Source: a virus (taxonomy: Duplodnaviria; Caudoviricetes). Taken from it: DNA of 36,266 nt. Position numbers and translations under genes: made by a program. The notes under the pieces were generated by a model, which saw only the letters and a list, made by a program, of their open reading frames with translations, made no database searches and was not told where the DNA came from. The stretch spans positions 1 to 36,266 of IMG/VR virus record IMGVR_UViG_3300047669_001621, one strand, 5' to 3'. Below, one piece after another: positions 18,684 to 25,473 of the stretch. How positions within the stretch are numbered: the first letter of the stretch is position 1; every line of letters begins with the position of its first letter.

Positions 18684-18846
18684 TTATTTTTCCTATTGTA
18701 AATGTTAAGTGTATGATCGCCGTCATGTATTGCTGTGACTTCATTTGGTAATCCTTTTCCCTGCCCGAGTCGTTGACCATCTTAAATCTGCCGTGAACTT
18801 CCTTCACCGCACGCTTTAGTTCCTTAATTATCTTCTTCTTCTTCAT
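18613..18846 (-). CDS. Basic hypothetical protein
   Basis: ATG 4 nt after upstream stop; same operon. Confidence 0.6.
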   Translation of the reverse strand: MKKKKIIKELKRAVKEVHGRFKMVNDSGREKDYQMKSQQYMTAIIHLTFTIGKIIEAHGTRVDGLAVRDGDDERHAP

Positions 18847-18849
18847 GGT

Positions 18850-19167
18850 TTACTTATGATCTTCCTCTTCTTCATCGAATGCGGACATGGGGTCTAGGCT
18901 GGGGTTAGGGCAACGCTCTATCATGTGCATCGTGGGTGACTGTACGCCTATGTCTTTCAGAAAGACACAAGCCCCTTCCCACTTATTCTCCTGTAGTAGT
19001 AGCTCCACTGCATTGGATTCTTTTTCCGATAGGTCTACGGTATAGTACGCCGCCGACCTCTGTGGATTCGACGCCGCCCTTATTTCATAGAAGCCACTGC
19101 GACCCTCCGACGCTAGATGAAATGACTCGACTCCGTGACAGTCCATTATTCCGTGATACCTACTCAC
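18850..19167 (-). CDS. Hypothetical protein
   Basis: 8-nt overlap with upstream gene; G..DCHGVESF motif. Confidence 0.7.
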   Translation of the reverse strand: MSRYHGIMDCHGVESFHLASEGRSGFYEIRAASNPQRSAAYYTVDLSEKESNAVELLLQENKWEGACVFLKDIGVQSPTMHMIERCPNPSLDPMSAFDEEEEDHK

Positions 19168-19648
19168 AGGTAGTTCCCTTGGTTAGCCCGGTGACTTTGA
19201 GCAGTCTCTCCAGTTTTGATACCGCCTTAGCTATCTGCGTGTCAGTACCGCCCAACATGATAGCTCGTTCCGCCTCTTCATGCACTGCATTGATCTTCTC
19301 CGACTGCTTGCGTTGCCTAGGTAATGCCTTCTTGTGTGCCTTCACCGCCTCCTTGTATGACACCGGGGTCTCAATAAACCTCTCCTCTATCTCTATGGTG
19401 GTGCCATACATATGGTGTCCGTAACGCCGACCGTTACCGAGTGCCGCTTCCTTCATCCGCAACCGGCACGCTTGCTTGATCTTACTCATCGCCACGTACA
19501 CTGCCGACCCATCCAATACAGCATCCTGCTTGTGCGACAGGATGCAAGGCTCGCTTGATACCTCTACCTTCTCCAGTGCCTTAGCCCTGAACTCATTTAT
19601 CAGGTCTATTGCATACTTTTTACTCGTGTGTGTGTTTCGTTGACTCAT
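19160..19648 (-). CDS. Hypothetical protein
   Basis: AAGGAG upstream; coiled-coil C-terminal half. Confidence 0.7.
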   Translation of the reverse strand: MSQRNTHTSKKYAIDLINEFRAKALEKVEVSSEPCILSHKQDAVLDGSAVYVAMSKIKQACRLRMKEAALGNGRRYGHHMYGTTIEIEERFIETPVSYKEAVKAHKKALPRQRKQSEKINAVHEEAERAIMLGGTDTQIAKAVSKLERLLKVTGLTKGTTCE

Positions 19649-19865
19649 TATTTTCAAACTCCTTTACTTCAGTTATGTCCAGCCTAAGATCAGCGATCTT
19701 AGCTCGAACCTTTATTAAAATCTTATCTATTACCCAGCATTTGTAGAACTCTTCGGAGGGGTGACGCCCACCCATGTGTCGTCGCCGTCTCGTAGAGAGC
19801 CACCCCGCCACGTTTTCGTAAGCGTCGGCGTCAGCTATCAGTTGCAATGAACTCTTTTCCTTCAT
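19620..19865 (-). CDS. Hypothetical protein
   Basis: Overlap-coupled ORF in the - strand operon. Confidence 0.6.
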   Translation of the reverse strand: MKEKSSLQLIADADAYENVAGWLSTRRRRHMGGRHPSEEFYKCWVIDKILIKVRAKIADLRLDITEVKEFENNESTKHTHE

Positions 19866-20133
19866 CAGTTAATTCTCCGTCATACTTAAGACACACTGGG
19901 CTGTGAACCCAAGGGCTGGTGTACATGTCATCGTATTGTTTATGTGTAAAGAACGACCACCTCTTGCCCTCGTCCCCGTGAAATCCACTGTCATATATAT
20001 ATGCAATGGGCAGCTCGTCATCCCTTATGCACTGCAGTGCCGTTTCCTTTGTGTTGATCGTCATTAGTTTTCTACCCTCCCAGTTTCTGTATCTATCAAT
20101 GTCGCTAAGCTTTATACTCGTGGACTGGCTCAT
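19831..20133 (-). CDS. Hypothetical protein
   Basis: Overlap-coupled ORF in the - strand operon. Confidence 0.65.
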   Translation of the reverse strand: MSQSTSIKLSDIDRYRNWEGRKLMTINTKETALQCIRDDELPIAYIYDSGFHGDEGKRWSFFTHKQYDDMYTSPWVHSPVCLKYDGELTDEGKEFIATDS

Positions 20134-20482
20134 GCTTCAGCGGGTGAGATGAATGCCCATCGTGAACGCACTCATTCTGCCCATCATTATATAGGCATCC
20201 AGTGTGATCATTCACACAAACCCAGTGCTTCTCCATGTCCGACCCCGAAGTCTCAAGGTTGCGATAGCATGGTAGCTCCTCATCCTCAATGTCCTCAACA
20301 TCCTCGACATCGTCCTCTTCATCTAGTTCGTCTGGACGTATGAACTCGTTGGCTTCCATCATACCCTGCACATCTAGCTCGGACATATACTTGAGGCATC
20401 CCAAGATAACGCTCGACTCACTGACCACACCCTCATCCATTAAATAGTAGAGGTGATTAGTATATCTTCTTACGTCACTCAT
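20105..20482 (-). CDS. Phage hypothetical protein
   Basis: R.YTN.L..LMDEG...CLKYMSE.DV..M.EANE pattern, acidic linker, Cys/His-containing tail; start taken at ATG 20482. Confidence 0.7.
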   Translation of the reverse strand: MSDVRRYTNHLYYLMDEGVVSESSVILGCLKYMSELDVQGMMEANEFIRPDELDEEDDVEDVEDIEDEELPCYRNLETSGSDMEKHWVCVNDHTGCLYNDGQNECVHDGHSSHPLKHEPVHEYKA

Positions 20483-20690
20483 TGAAGCTATCCTTATCAT
20501 AGATTGATATAGATCCGCTAACATTCTTACCCTGCTCTACCATCTGAAACTTCAGTATCTTTATGAAGTGGTCGAGGTTGGTGACGGTTATTCCCGTCGC
20601 CATAAGCTCACCGTCCAGCTCCACCATCCCTTGCAGGATAACGCTTACGCTTAGTTGCGGTCCTATTCGGAAGCTTTTACTGTCACTCAT
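20475..20690 (-). CDS. Hypothetical protein
   Basis: AAGGAGG SD; 8-nt overlaps on both sides. Confidence 0.65.
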   Translation of the reverse strand: MSDSKSFRIGPQLSVSVILQGMVELDGELMATGITVTNLDHFIKILKFQMVEQGKNVSGSISIYDKDSFNE

Positions 20691-20886
20691 CCTCCTTGCC
20701 TCCCTCCCTTAGTTTACGTACATGATCCTGTACATTCATTCTTCGGCACTCCCCTTGTACTATGGGATGCCACATCGGGTTGGGTTCATCACCCCAAGCG
20801 AAGCCAACTTTGAGTGGCCAATTATCTCTCGCCCACTCAGCGAACTCCTTCTCTTCCTTAGTGTTAAGTTCTCTATGTAGTTTCAT
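20683..20886 (-). CDS. Hypothetical protein
   Basis: ATG 20886 (MKLHREL) in ATGA overlap; EEKEFAEWARDN..WHPIVQ.EC pattern. Confidence 0.7.
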   Translation of the reverse strand: MKLHRELNTKEEKEFAEWARDNWPLKVGFAWGDEPNPMWHPIVQGECRRMNVQDHVRKLREGGKEDE

Positions 20887-20966
20887 GTCGTCATGTCTAT
20901 GATTACAGCCAAGCACCCAGTGAGCATACACCCACCAATGACAATGTCCTCTATTGTCCAGCTCAT
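20883..20966 (-). CDS. 27-aa hydrophobic peptide, not in ORF track
   Basis: MSWTIEDIVIGGCMLTGCLAVIIDMTT; ATGA overlaps at both ends. Confidence 0.6.
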   Translation of the reverse strand: MSWTIEDIVIGGCMLTGCLAVIIDMTT

Positions 20967-21322
20967 CTTGCGAAGGACACCATGTCTATCCGTCTCCATC
21001 TGACTGGAGTCTTGAAGAACACCTTGTCTTCCACTGCTTGCTTCCCATACACCTGTATCTTCATCTGGCGGACGAATCCACCATCACGCAGGCACTTGGC
21101 GAAGTCCACGTTACGGAGACTTGCCTTGCTCTTAGAGGTAATGACGTTGCCGTCTTTAAGCACGGACTTCCACCGCTCACCGTCGAATGCCTGTAGTACG
21201 AAGGGCATGCTAGGAATAACCCTCTTATATGTCTTCCTTGCCTTAGTGACAGGAAGCTTTACGTTATCCACCTTGTTTCTCTTTATCGTTAAGCCCGCGA
21301 ACGGGAACTGTATCTGACTCAT
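20963..21322 (-). CDS. Basic hypothetical protein (119 aa)
   Basis: Strong SD AAGGAG before the ATG. Confidence 0.75.
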   Translation of the reverse strand: MSQIQFPFAGLTIKRNKVDNVKLPVTKARKTYKRVIPSMPFVLQAFDGERWKSVLKDGNVITSKSKASLRNVDFAKCLRDGGFVRQMKIQVYGKQAVEDKVFFKTPVRWRRIDMVSFAR

Positions 21323-21349
21323 ATATATATCTCCTTTGGTTAGTGAAAA

Positions 21350-21500
21350 TTAGTGAGGGGTGTGGACTAGGGCTGTCGTCGGTAAACGTTTTACTGTACG
21401 AGCTTGCGTCCAGCAGGAGGTTTTATTCCTGTCTTCAATAGCAAGCGCAACACCAGTCACTACTCGCTATGTCCTGTCATACTCACCCCTCAAATACTAA
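21350..21500 (-). ncRNA. Candidate structured RNA domain closed by a 9-bp stem
   Basis: TGAGGGGTG (21354-21362) and CACCCCTCA (21484-21492) are inverted; nested GGAC/GTCC, GCTTGC/GCAAGC, CAGGA/TCCTG. Confidence 0.45.
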
Positions 21501-21501
21501 G

Positions 21502-21699
21502 CTAGTTTCTCCATTTCTCCAGCATCAGCTCGACAAGACCGTCGAACTCCTTCTTATCTTCGCCAGCAACTCTAATGAGGCACTCCTTCTGCCTCTCAAG
21601 GGAAATTATCCTTCCGGTCAGCTTCCCAATAGCTTGGTGAAGTTCTGCAACTTCTCGTTGTAACACATTGTTGAGTTGGATTTCTCCTTCAGTATTCAT
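21502..21699 (-). CDS. Small coiled-coil protein (65 aa)
   Basis: LQREVAELHQAIGKLTGRIISLERQ heptads; lies between structured tracts. Confidence 0.65.
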   Translation of the reverse strand: MNTEGEIQLNNVLQREVAELHQAIGKLTGRIISLERQKECLIRVAGEDKKEFDGLVELMLEKWRN

Positions 21700-21702
21700 G
21701 TA

Positions 21703-22455
21703 AAATTTAATTAGCCGTGGATGATAGGCCTCAAGGTCGTTACCCTATGATTCGCACTATTTCATGGTGATACCAACATTCTCACCAACTCATCATTCCA
21801 GTTCTTTTTACAACGAACTTGCCACACGGCTAATAAAATGAAATGTTCCGAGTTACTGCTCGGGCAGACTCCTTGTGGTTAGAGCTTTTTTCATAGCATT
21901 ATTAGATATGTATGTATACAAAGTATACATTGAAAAATATAGGCGTTGCCCCCTTCTCTCGCAACGTCTAGTGGTAACCTCCCGTATAACATGTTACCCC
22001 CTTAAATTGATGCACTATACTGGTTATACCATAGTGGCTGTCCCCTATGCCTACCTTGAACTGACGACAGGTGATAAGCCTCATATAAATCGTTCGTCGC
22101 AGTCGGGACTCCGAGTTACTTTACCTAAGCAACAAAGGCTAATGTCATTAGCTTATCCAATGCGTTCGCAACTCTTCAATCTTCTGCCCAATACATTACT
22201 GCATCGTTAGCCTTGATTGACATGAGAATGTCAACCCCGTTGGACGGGTTGGTAAGGGCAAGCATGAATGCCAGCATTGCGCGAACTGTCGAGACCTATA
22301 CACTGGGGTTCAATCCTTCCTAATCCCTTTTGCCGATTGCTCAGCTTGGTGTTACCAAACACCAATGAAATGTTCCTGCTTACCCAACCCCCATCATAGG
22401 GTGCGGGCTTTACGGTCTTGCACCGACGGTTGGCAGGGCAACCACTCCTTTCTTC
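21703..22455 (-). ncRNA. Candidate large structured non-coding RNA or array of small RNAs (~750 nt)
   Basis: No - strand ORF >=60 aa; more than a dozen stems; G-U wobbles and a GCAA tetraloop work only on the - strand; repeated motif with compensatory changes. Confidence 0.55.
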
Positions 22456-22458
22456 GAC

Positions 22459-22743
22459 TTAACAGCCGACGTAAAACAACTTACGAACACCACCATTCGG
22501 CATCCGATGAGCCACTATTCTGTCCCAGCGACCCTCAGTTTCCTCATCTCTCACCAGTAACTCTGGCTTAACCCTATTCTTAGGGTGACCAACATAGTAC
22601 TGATCCTCGGCATCCTTCATCAGTCGCTTCACCGTTATAGGTGACAACCCAGCCTTCTCGCTTGGACTAGCCGGCTCATGTTGAGCAAACTTAATCCGAT
22701 TCAAGTAAGCCAACGGCTTCCAGTCTTCCTTTGATATATCCAT
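22459..22743 (-). CDS. Hypothetical protein (94 aa)
   Basis: GAGGA SD before ATG 22743 (MDISKEDW); the longer track ORF runs through a terminator. Confidence 0.7.
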   Translation of the reverse strand: MDISKEDWKPLAYLNRIKFAQHEPASPSEKAGLSPITVKRLMKDAEDQYYVGHPKNRVKPELLVRDEETEGRWDRIVAHRMPNGGVRKLFYVGC

Positions 22744-22768
22744 AATGTAATCCTCTGTTGTCGTATTG

Positions 22769-22808
22769 AAAAAAAGAGATAAGGGGAGACTGGCGAACCA
22801 GTCCCCCC
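22769..22808 (-). terminator. Intrinsic terminator-like hairpin
   Basis: - strand GGGGGACTGG-TTCG-CCAGTCTCC then TTATCTCTTTTTTT. Confidence 0.7.
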
Positions 22809-22829
22809 TCGAAAGTGTGACCTTGTGGG

Positions 22830-23243
22830 TCAACCCATCAGTCCTGACAAGAACCCTCCTCCACCGACTGCCGTAGCCTTCGGTGTCGCCGCCTTAGCCT
22901 CACATACTTGTGCCTTTCCCTCAGCGGTGATGGTGACAGCTCGTGCCTCCAGTTCTGCAAGGGACAGGTAGTATGACCGACTACGGCGAGACCCTCGAAA
23001 GCCTTGACTCTGCAGCCAAGACCGAAAGCCTTGCACCATGGGAGTGTCCATGCCATCCTTGTAGGCAAACTCCGTAAGCAATTTCTTGCCCACTTTAGCC
23101 AACTGCTGTTCAACGTTCCATTCGAGCAAGCCTTTACCCCCAAGGTCGTTGAGCAGGCTCAGCAACCCTTCACCCTTGAGTAGGGGAGCATCGTTAATCT
23201 TGCGGTCATTCACGCTGTTGTTAGCAAACGGTTCCATCGTCAT
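22830..23243 (-). CDS. Hypothetical protein, first gene of the leftward early-type operon
   Basis: GGAGG SD 10 nt before ATG; followed by a terminator. Confidence 0.75.
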   Translation of the reverse strand: MTMEPFANNSVNDRKINDAPLLKGEGLLSLLNDLGGKGLLEWNVEQQLAKVGKKLLTEFAYKDGMDTPMVQGFRSWLQSQGFRGSRRSRSYYLSLAELEARAVTITAEGKAQVCEAKAATPKATAVGGGGFLSGLMG

Positions 23244-23373
23244 ATCACATTGTCCTCCAACGCCTCTTCACAGGTCATCGTTCGGTAGAAGCGAGACATA
23301 CCAAACGGATGGGAAATTCAAATCGAACTTCCACCCTCATAACTCACTGGTCTGGAGGGAGTTGGGGCTGGTC

Positions 23374-23399
23374 TGTCATACAAGTACAGTAGTATGACA
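23374..23399. promoter_or_regulatory. Palindromic protein-binding site candidate
   Basis: TGTCATAC-N10-GTATGACA, perfect 8-bp arms in a divergent intergenic region. Confidence 0.45.
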
Positions 23400-23407
23400 C
23401 GATCAAA

Positions 23408-23460
23408 GGGGGGAGGGGGTAGGGGGGGAACGCACATATCATGCATATCATATATATATC
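23408..23460. other. G-rich tract plus AT-dinucleotide run (possible packaging/terminus signal)
   Basis: G6-A-G5-TA-G7 followed by CATATCATGCATATCATATATATATC. Confidence 0.4.
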
Positions 23461-23525
23461 CCCGTTCTCTAGTTTCCAAGAACCTGCAATCTTTTAATTT
23501 CAGGCATTCGGGCAAACATAGGTAC

Positions 23526-23554
23526 TTGACCCCTTGGTAGGGATACTGTAGTAT
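23526..23554 (+). promoter_or_regulatory. sigma70-type promoter
   Basis: TTGACC (23526-23531), 17-nt spacer, TAGTAT (23549-23554); ATG at 23566. Confidence 0.7.
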
Positions 23555-23565
23555 AGCTAGTCATA

Positions 23566-23868
23566 ATGAAGATTATGGGCTTAAAGCCTGTCCGTTTCCG
23601 AGAATGGGTGGCCATCCTCAAGCTAGAGGGTGGCTCGAAGGGTCTTCTACCCCTACTTGGCATGGTATGCAGGTCATTTTTGCTAGGTGTCAAACGTAGA
23701 ACGTGGCGTACCAGATTGCGTACGTGTAGCAAATGCCCTATATACAACCCCAACCTACGCCAATGCAGCCACGACAAACTTGGTTGTGGGTGCTATGTTC
23801 CCTTTATGGCCTTAACGCGAGGCCCCTGTTGGGGGAAAGTCAACACAAGCAACCTAGGATGGGAGTAA
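23566..23868 (+). CDS. Small Cys-rich metal-binding protein (DUF6171-like)
   Basis: R..TCSKC...C....GCGCYV......CW pattern. Confidence 0.65.
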   Translation: MKIMGLKPVRFREWVAILKLEGGSKGLLPLLGMVCRSFLLGVKRRTWRTRLRTCSKCPIYNPNLRQCSHDKLGCGCYVPFMALTRGPCWGKVNTSNLGWE

Positions 23869-24047
23869 TAAAGTTAAACTGGTCAGGCGCGGACGTGGAC
23901 ATTGCCGTGGAATGCGGTGACGACATAGCGACTTGTGACCTTCTTGAGGTGATCGAGGTGTTCATTCGGGTCATGGATCGCTCTCCGGTGGGGGAACTTG
24001 AGTTCATTGACGGTGCATGGAGCTTACCGGAGGGAGAATCGCATTGA
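23859..24047 (+). CDS. Hypothetical acidic protein
   Basis: ATG 23859 overlaps upstream end; TTGA overlap downstream. Confidence 0.6.
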   Translation: MGVIKLNWSGADVDIAVECGDDIATCDLLEVIEVFIRVMDRSPVGELEFIDGAWSLPEGESH

Positions 24048-24517
24048 AGATCAAGCTATCCGAAGCTGAGTTGGAGCTTGCTAAGTACATGGCGACGGCA
24101 CGAACCGCGCAATCCCGCAAGGATGGCGTAATCAATCGCCGCATATCGGACGAATCGGACTTCGACATTGAGTACATCGGCATGTGCGGGGAGCTTGCGG
24201 TGGCACAAGCCCTCAACGTGTACCCTGATTTAAGTATAGCGTCCAGGAGTGGAGGGTATGATTTGCTTTCCTCGAAGGGAAAGCGCATGGAAGTGAAGAC
24301 TACCAAGCACCATCGTGGACGATTGGTGGCTCGCCCTACGGCGAAAGTCGAAGACAGTGACTTCTACGTGTTAGTAACGGGTCAACCGCCCAACATGACC
24401 ATACGGGGCTACATACCCACCAAGGAGTTCCTCACGGAGGGCAACCTAGGGAAACTATCCCCTAAGTATCCCGAGGCATTCCTATACCCGCAGGAGGGGC
24501 TTACGCCATGGAGATAG
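24044..24517 (+). CDS. PD-(D/E)xK nuclease-fold protein
   Basis: G..GELAV helix, GGYD, MEVKT, DFYVLV, IRGYI; TTG start with GGAG upstream. Confidence 0.7.
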   Translation: MKIKLSEAELELAKYMATARTAQSRKDGVINRRISDESDFDIEYIGMCGELAVAQALNVYPDLSIASRSGGYDLLSSKGKRMEVKTTKHHRGRLVARPTAKVEDSDFYVLVTGQPPNMTIRGYIPTKEFLTEGNLGKLSPKYPEAFLYPQEGLTPWR

Positions 24518-24951
24518 CTGAACCCGCCAAGAATAAGAGGATGGGGACTCTTTATGAAAATATTTTCATCTGCGAAGCCCTGAAGAGGAACCTTCAGCCC
24601 CACGTGCCGGTCGGAGACTACTTGCCCCATGACTTGATCGTATACACTCCGTCGGGAATCTGCGTGAGAGTTCAAATCAAAGGGACCTCTTGCCGCCACC
24701 CGCACAGAAGTAGCAGCCGGTACAAAATTCAAAGCATGGAGGGGAGCAAGAAGCTGAAGCTCCAGACCACCTCCGCTGATATACTCGCCGCCTACGTGGC
24801 TCCTTGGGATTACTGGTACCTGATACCCGTGAGTTCCCTGGCAAGTCCTTCGGTCTGGATGTATCCCGGCAAAGAAAAGGGTCGAGGGCAGTATGAAAAG
24901 TATAGGAATGGATGGGAAGTATTTAGCGACGAAGAGTACCATGTTCCTTGA
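24508..24951 (+). CDS. PD-(D/E)xK endonuclease, I-Ssp6803I/PDDEXK_5 homing-endonuclease-like
   Basis: GTLYE, P.GDYLPHDLIV, RVQIKG, ADILAAY, WYLIP. Confidence 0.8.
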   Translation: MEIAEPAKNKRMGTLYENIFICEALKRNLQPHVPVGDYLPHDLIVYTPSGICVRVQIKGTSCRHPHRSSSRYKIQSMEGSKKLKLQTTSADILAAYVAPWDYWYLIPVSSLASPSVWMYPGKEKGRGQYEKYRNGWEVFSDEEYHVP

Positions 24952-25189
24952 TTAGTTTAGCTGAACCCAGTCGAGCTTTCTTTAGGGCCGTCTGTTCCAG
25001 AAGATGAATGTATTGTCTTGAACACCCCACCCTTTCGCCGATTTCTTTTTGAGACCAAAACCCCAACCGCCGTAGGTCTGAGGCGACTTTAGGGTCGGCC
25101 TCCACCACATACGCATGGTATGCCGCCTCCTCACGTAACTTCTCTGTTATCCCCCTCATATCCATGAGGGTCGTCGTATAGCTTGGCAA
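24923..25189 (-). CDS. Stand-alone sigma70 region-4-like HTH protein
   Basis: WSQKEIGERVGCSRQYIHLLEQTALKKAR resembles region 4.2 (TLEEVG..F.VTRERIRQIE.KALRKLR); start uncertain. Confidence 0.7.
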   Translation of the reverse strand: MPSYTTTLMDMRGITEKLREEAAYHAYVVEADPKVASDLRRLGFWSQKEIGERVGCSRQYIHLLEQTALKKARLGSAKLIKEHGTLRR

Positions 25190-25224
25190 GAGCCAAGGCG
25201 AAGTCAGTGCAGTGTGAAAAGCCG

Positions 25225-25473
25225 TCAGAAGGGGACGTCTTCGTTAAGCTCGTCTTTTCCTGCGGAGGTTGCTCCGGCTGTTTTTTCTCTTGGCTCCTCA
25301 AAGGAGATGGAGAGATATTTCTTTCCTTGTTTTGACTCATTGATCCATGCTGCTAGTCGCAGTTCCTTGCCTTCAATTAGTCCTAGCCCTGTATAGTCAG
25401 GTCCTTTCTCGTTGGTTTTTTCCTCTTCCTTGAAGAGGGCTGCGGTGTTTGGTTTTCTTTCGTATTGTGCCAT
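25225..25473 (-). CDS. Single-stranded DNA-binding protein-like (DUF736-type)
   Basis: LFK...K..KGPDYTG, LAAWINES..GKKYLSI, acidic tail ending EDVPF. Confidence 0.75.
   Translation of the reverse strand: MAQYERKPNTAALFKEEEKTNEKGPDYTGLGLIEGKELRLAAWINESKQGKKYLSISFEEPREKTAGATSAGKDELNEDVPF

Noticed and set aside
21740-21800. Hammerhead-like AUGAUGAG-stem-GAAA on the - strand
   Set aside because: The core C is replaced by A, stem III has a mismatch and no stem I can be formed.
21875-22210. 111-aa + strand ORF in the structured tract
   Set aside because: Opposite to the operon direction, no SD, no recognisable features; RNA structure on the - strand explains the region better.
22257-22335. tRNA-like GGTTCAATCC on the + strand
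   Set aside because: The T-loop is one base short, and no D arm, anticodon arm or acceptor stem fits.
21837-22450. Mini-CRISPR array linked to the Cas4-like gene
   Set aside because: Repeats are only 11-15 nt and irregularly spaced; the nuclease sits beside Sak as a normal recombination exonuclease.
21703-22455. CsrA/RsmA sponge (GGA motifs) or group I intron
   Set aside because: About a dozen GGA in 750 nt is the chance expectation; no group I P7 (R/S) elements or interrupted host gene were seen.
22744-22833. N-terminal extension of the 124-aa track ORF
   Set aside because: It runs through a terminator hairpin; ATG 22743 has its own SD.
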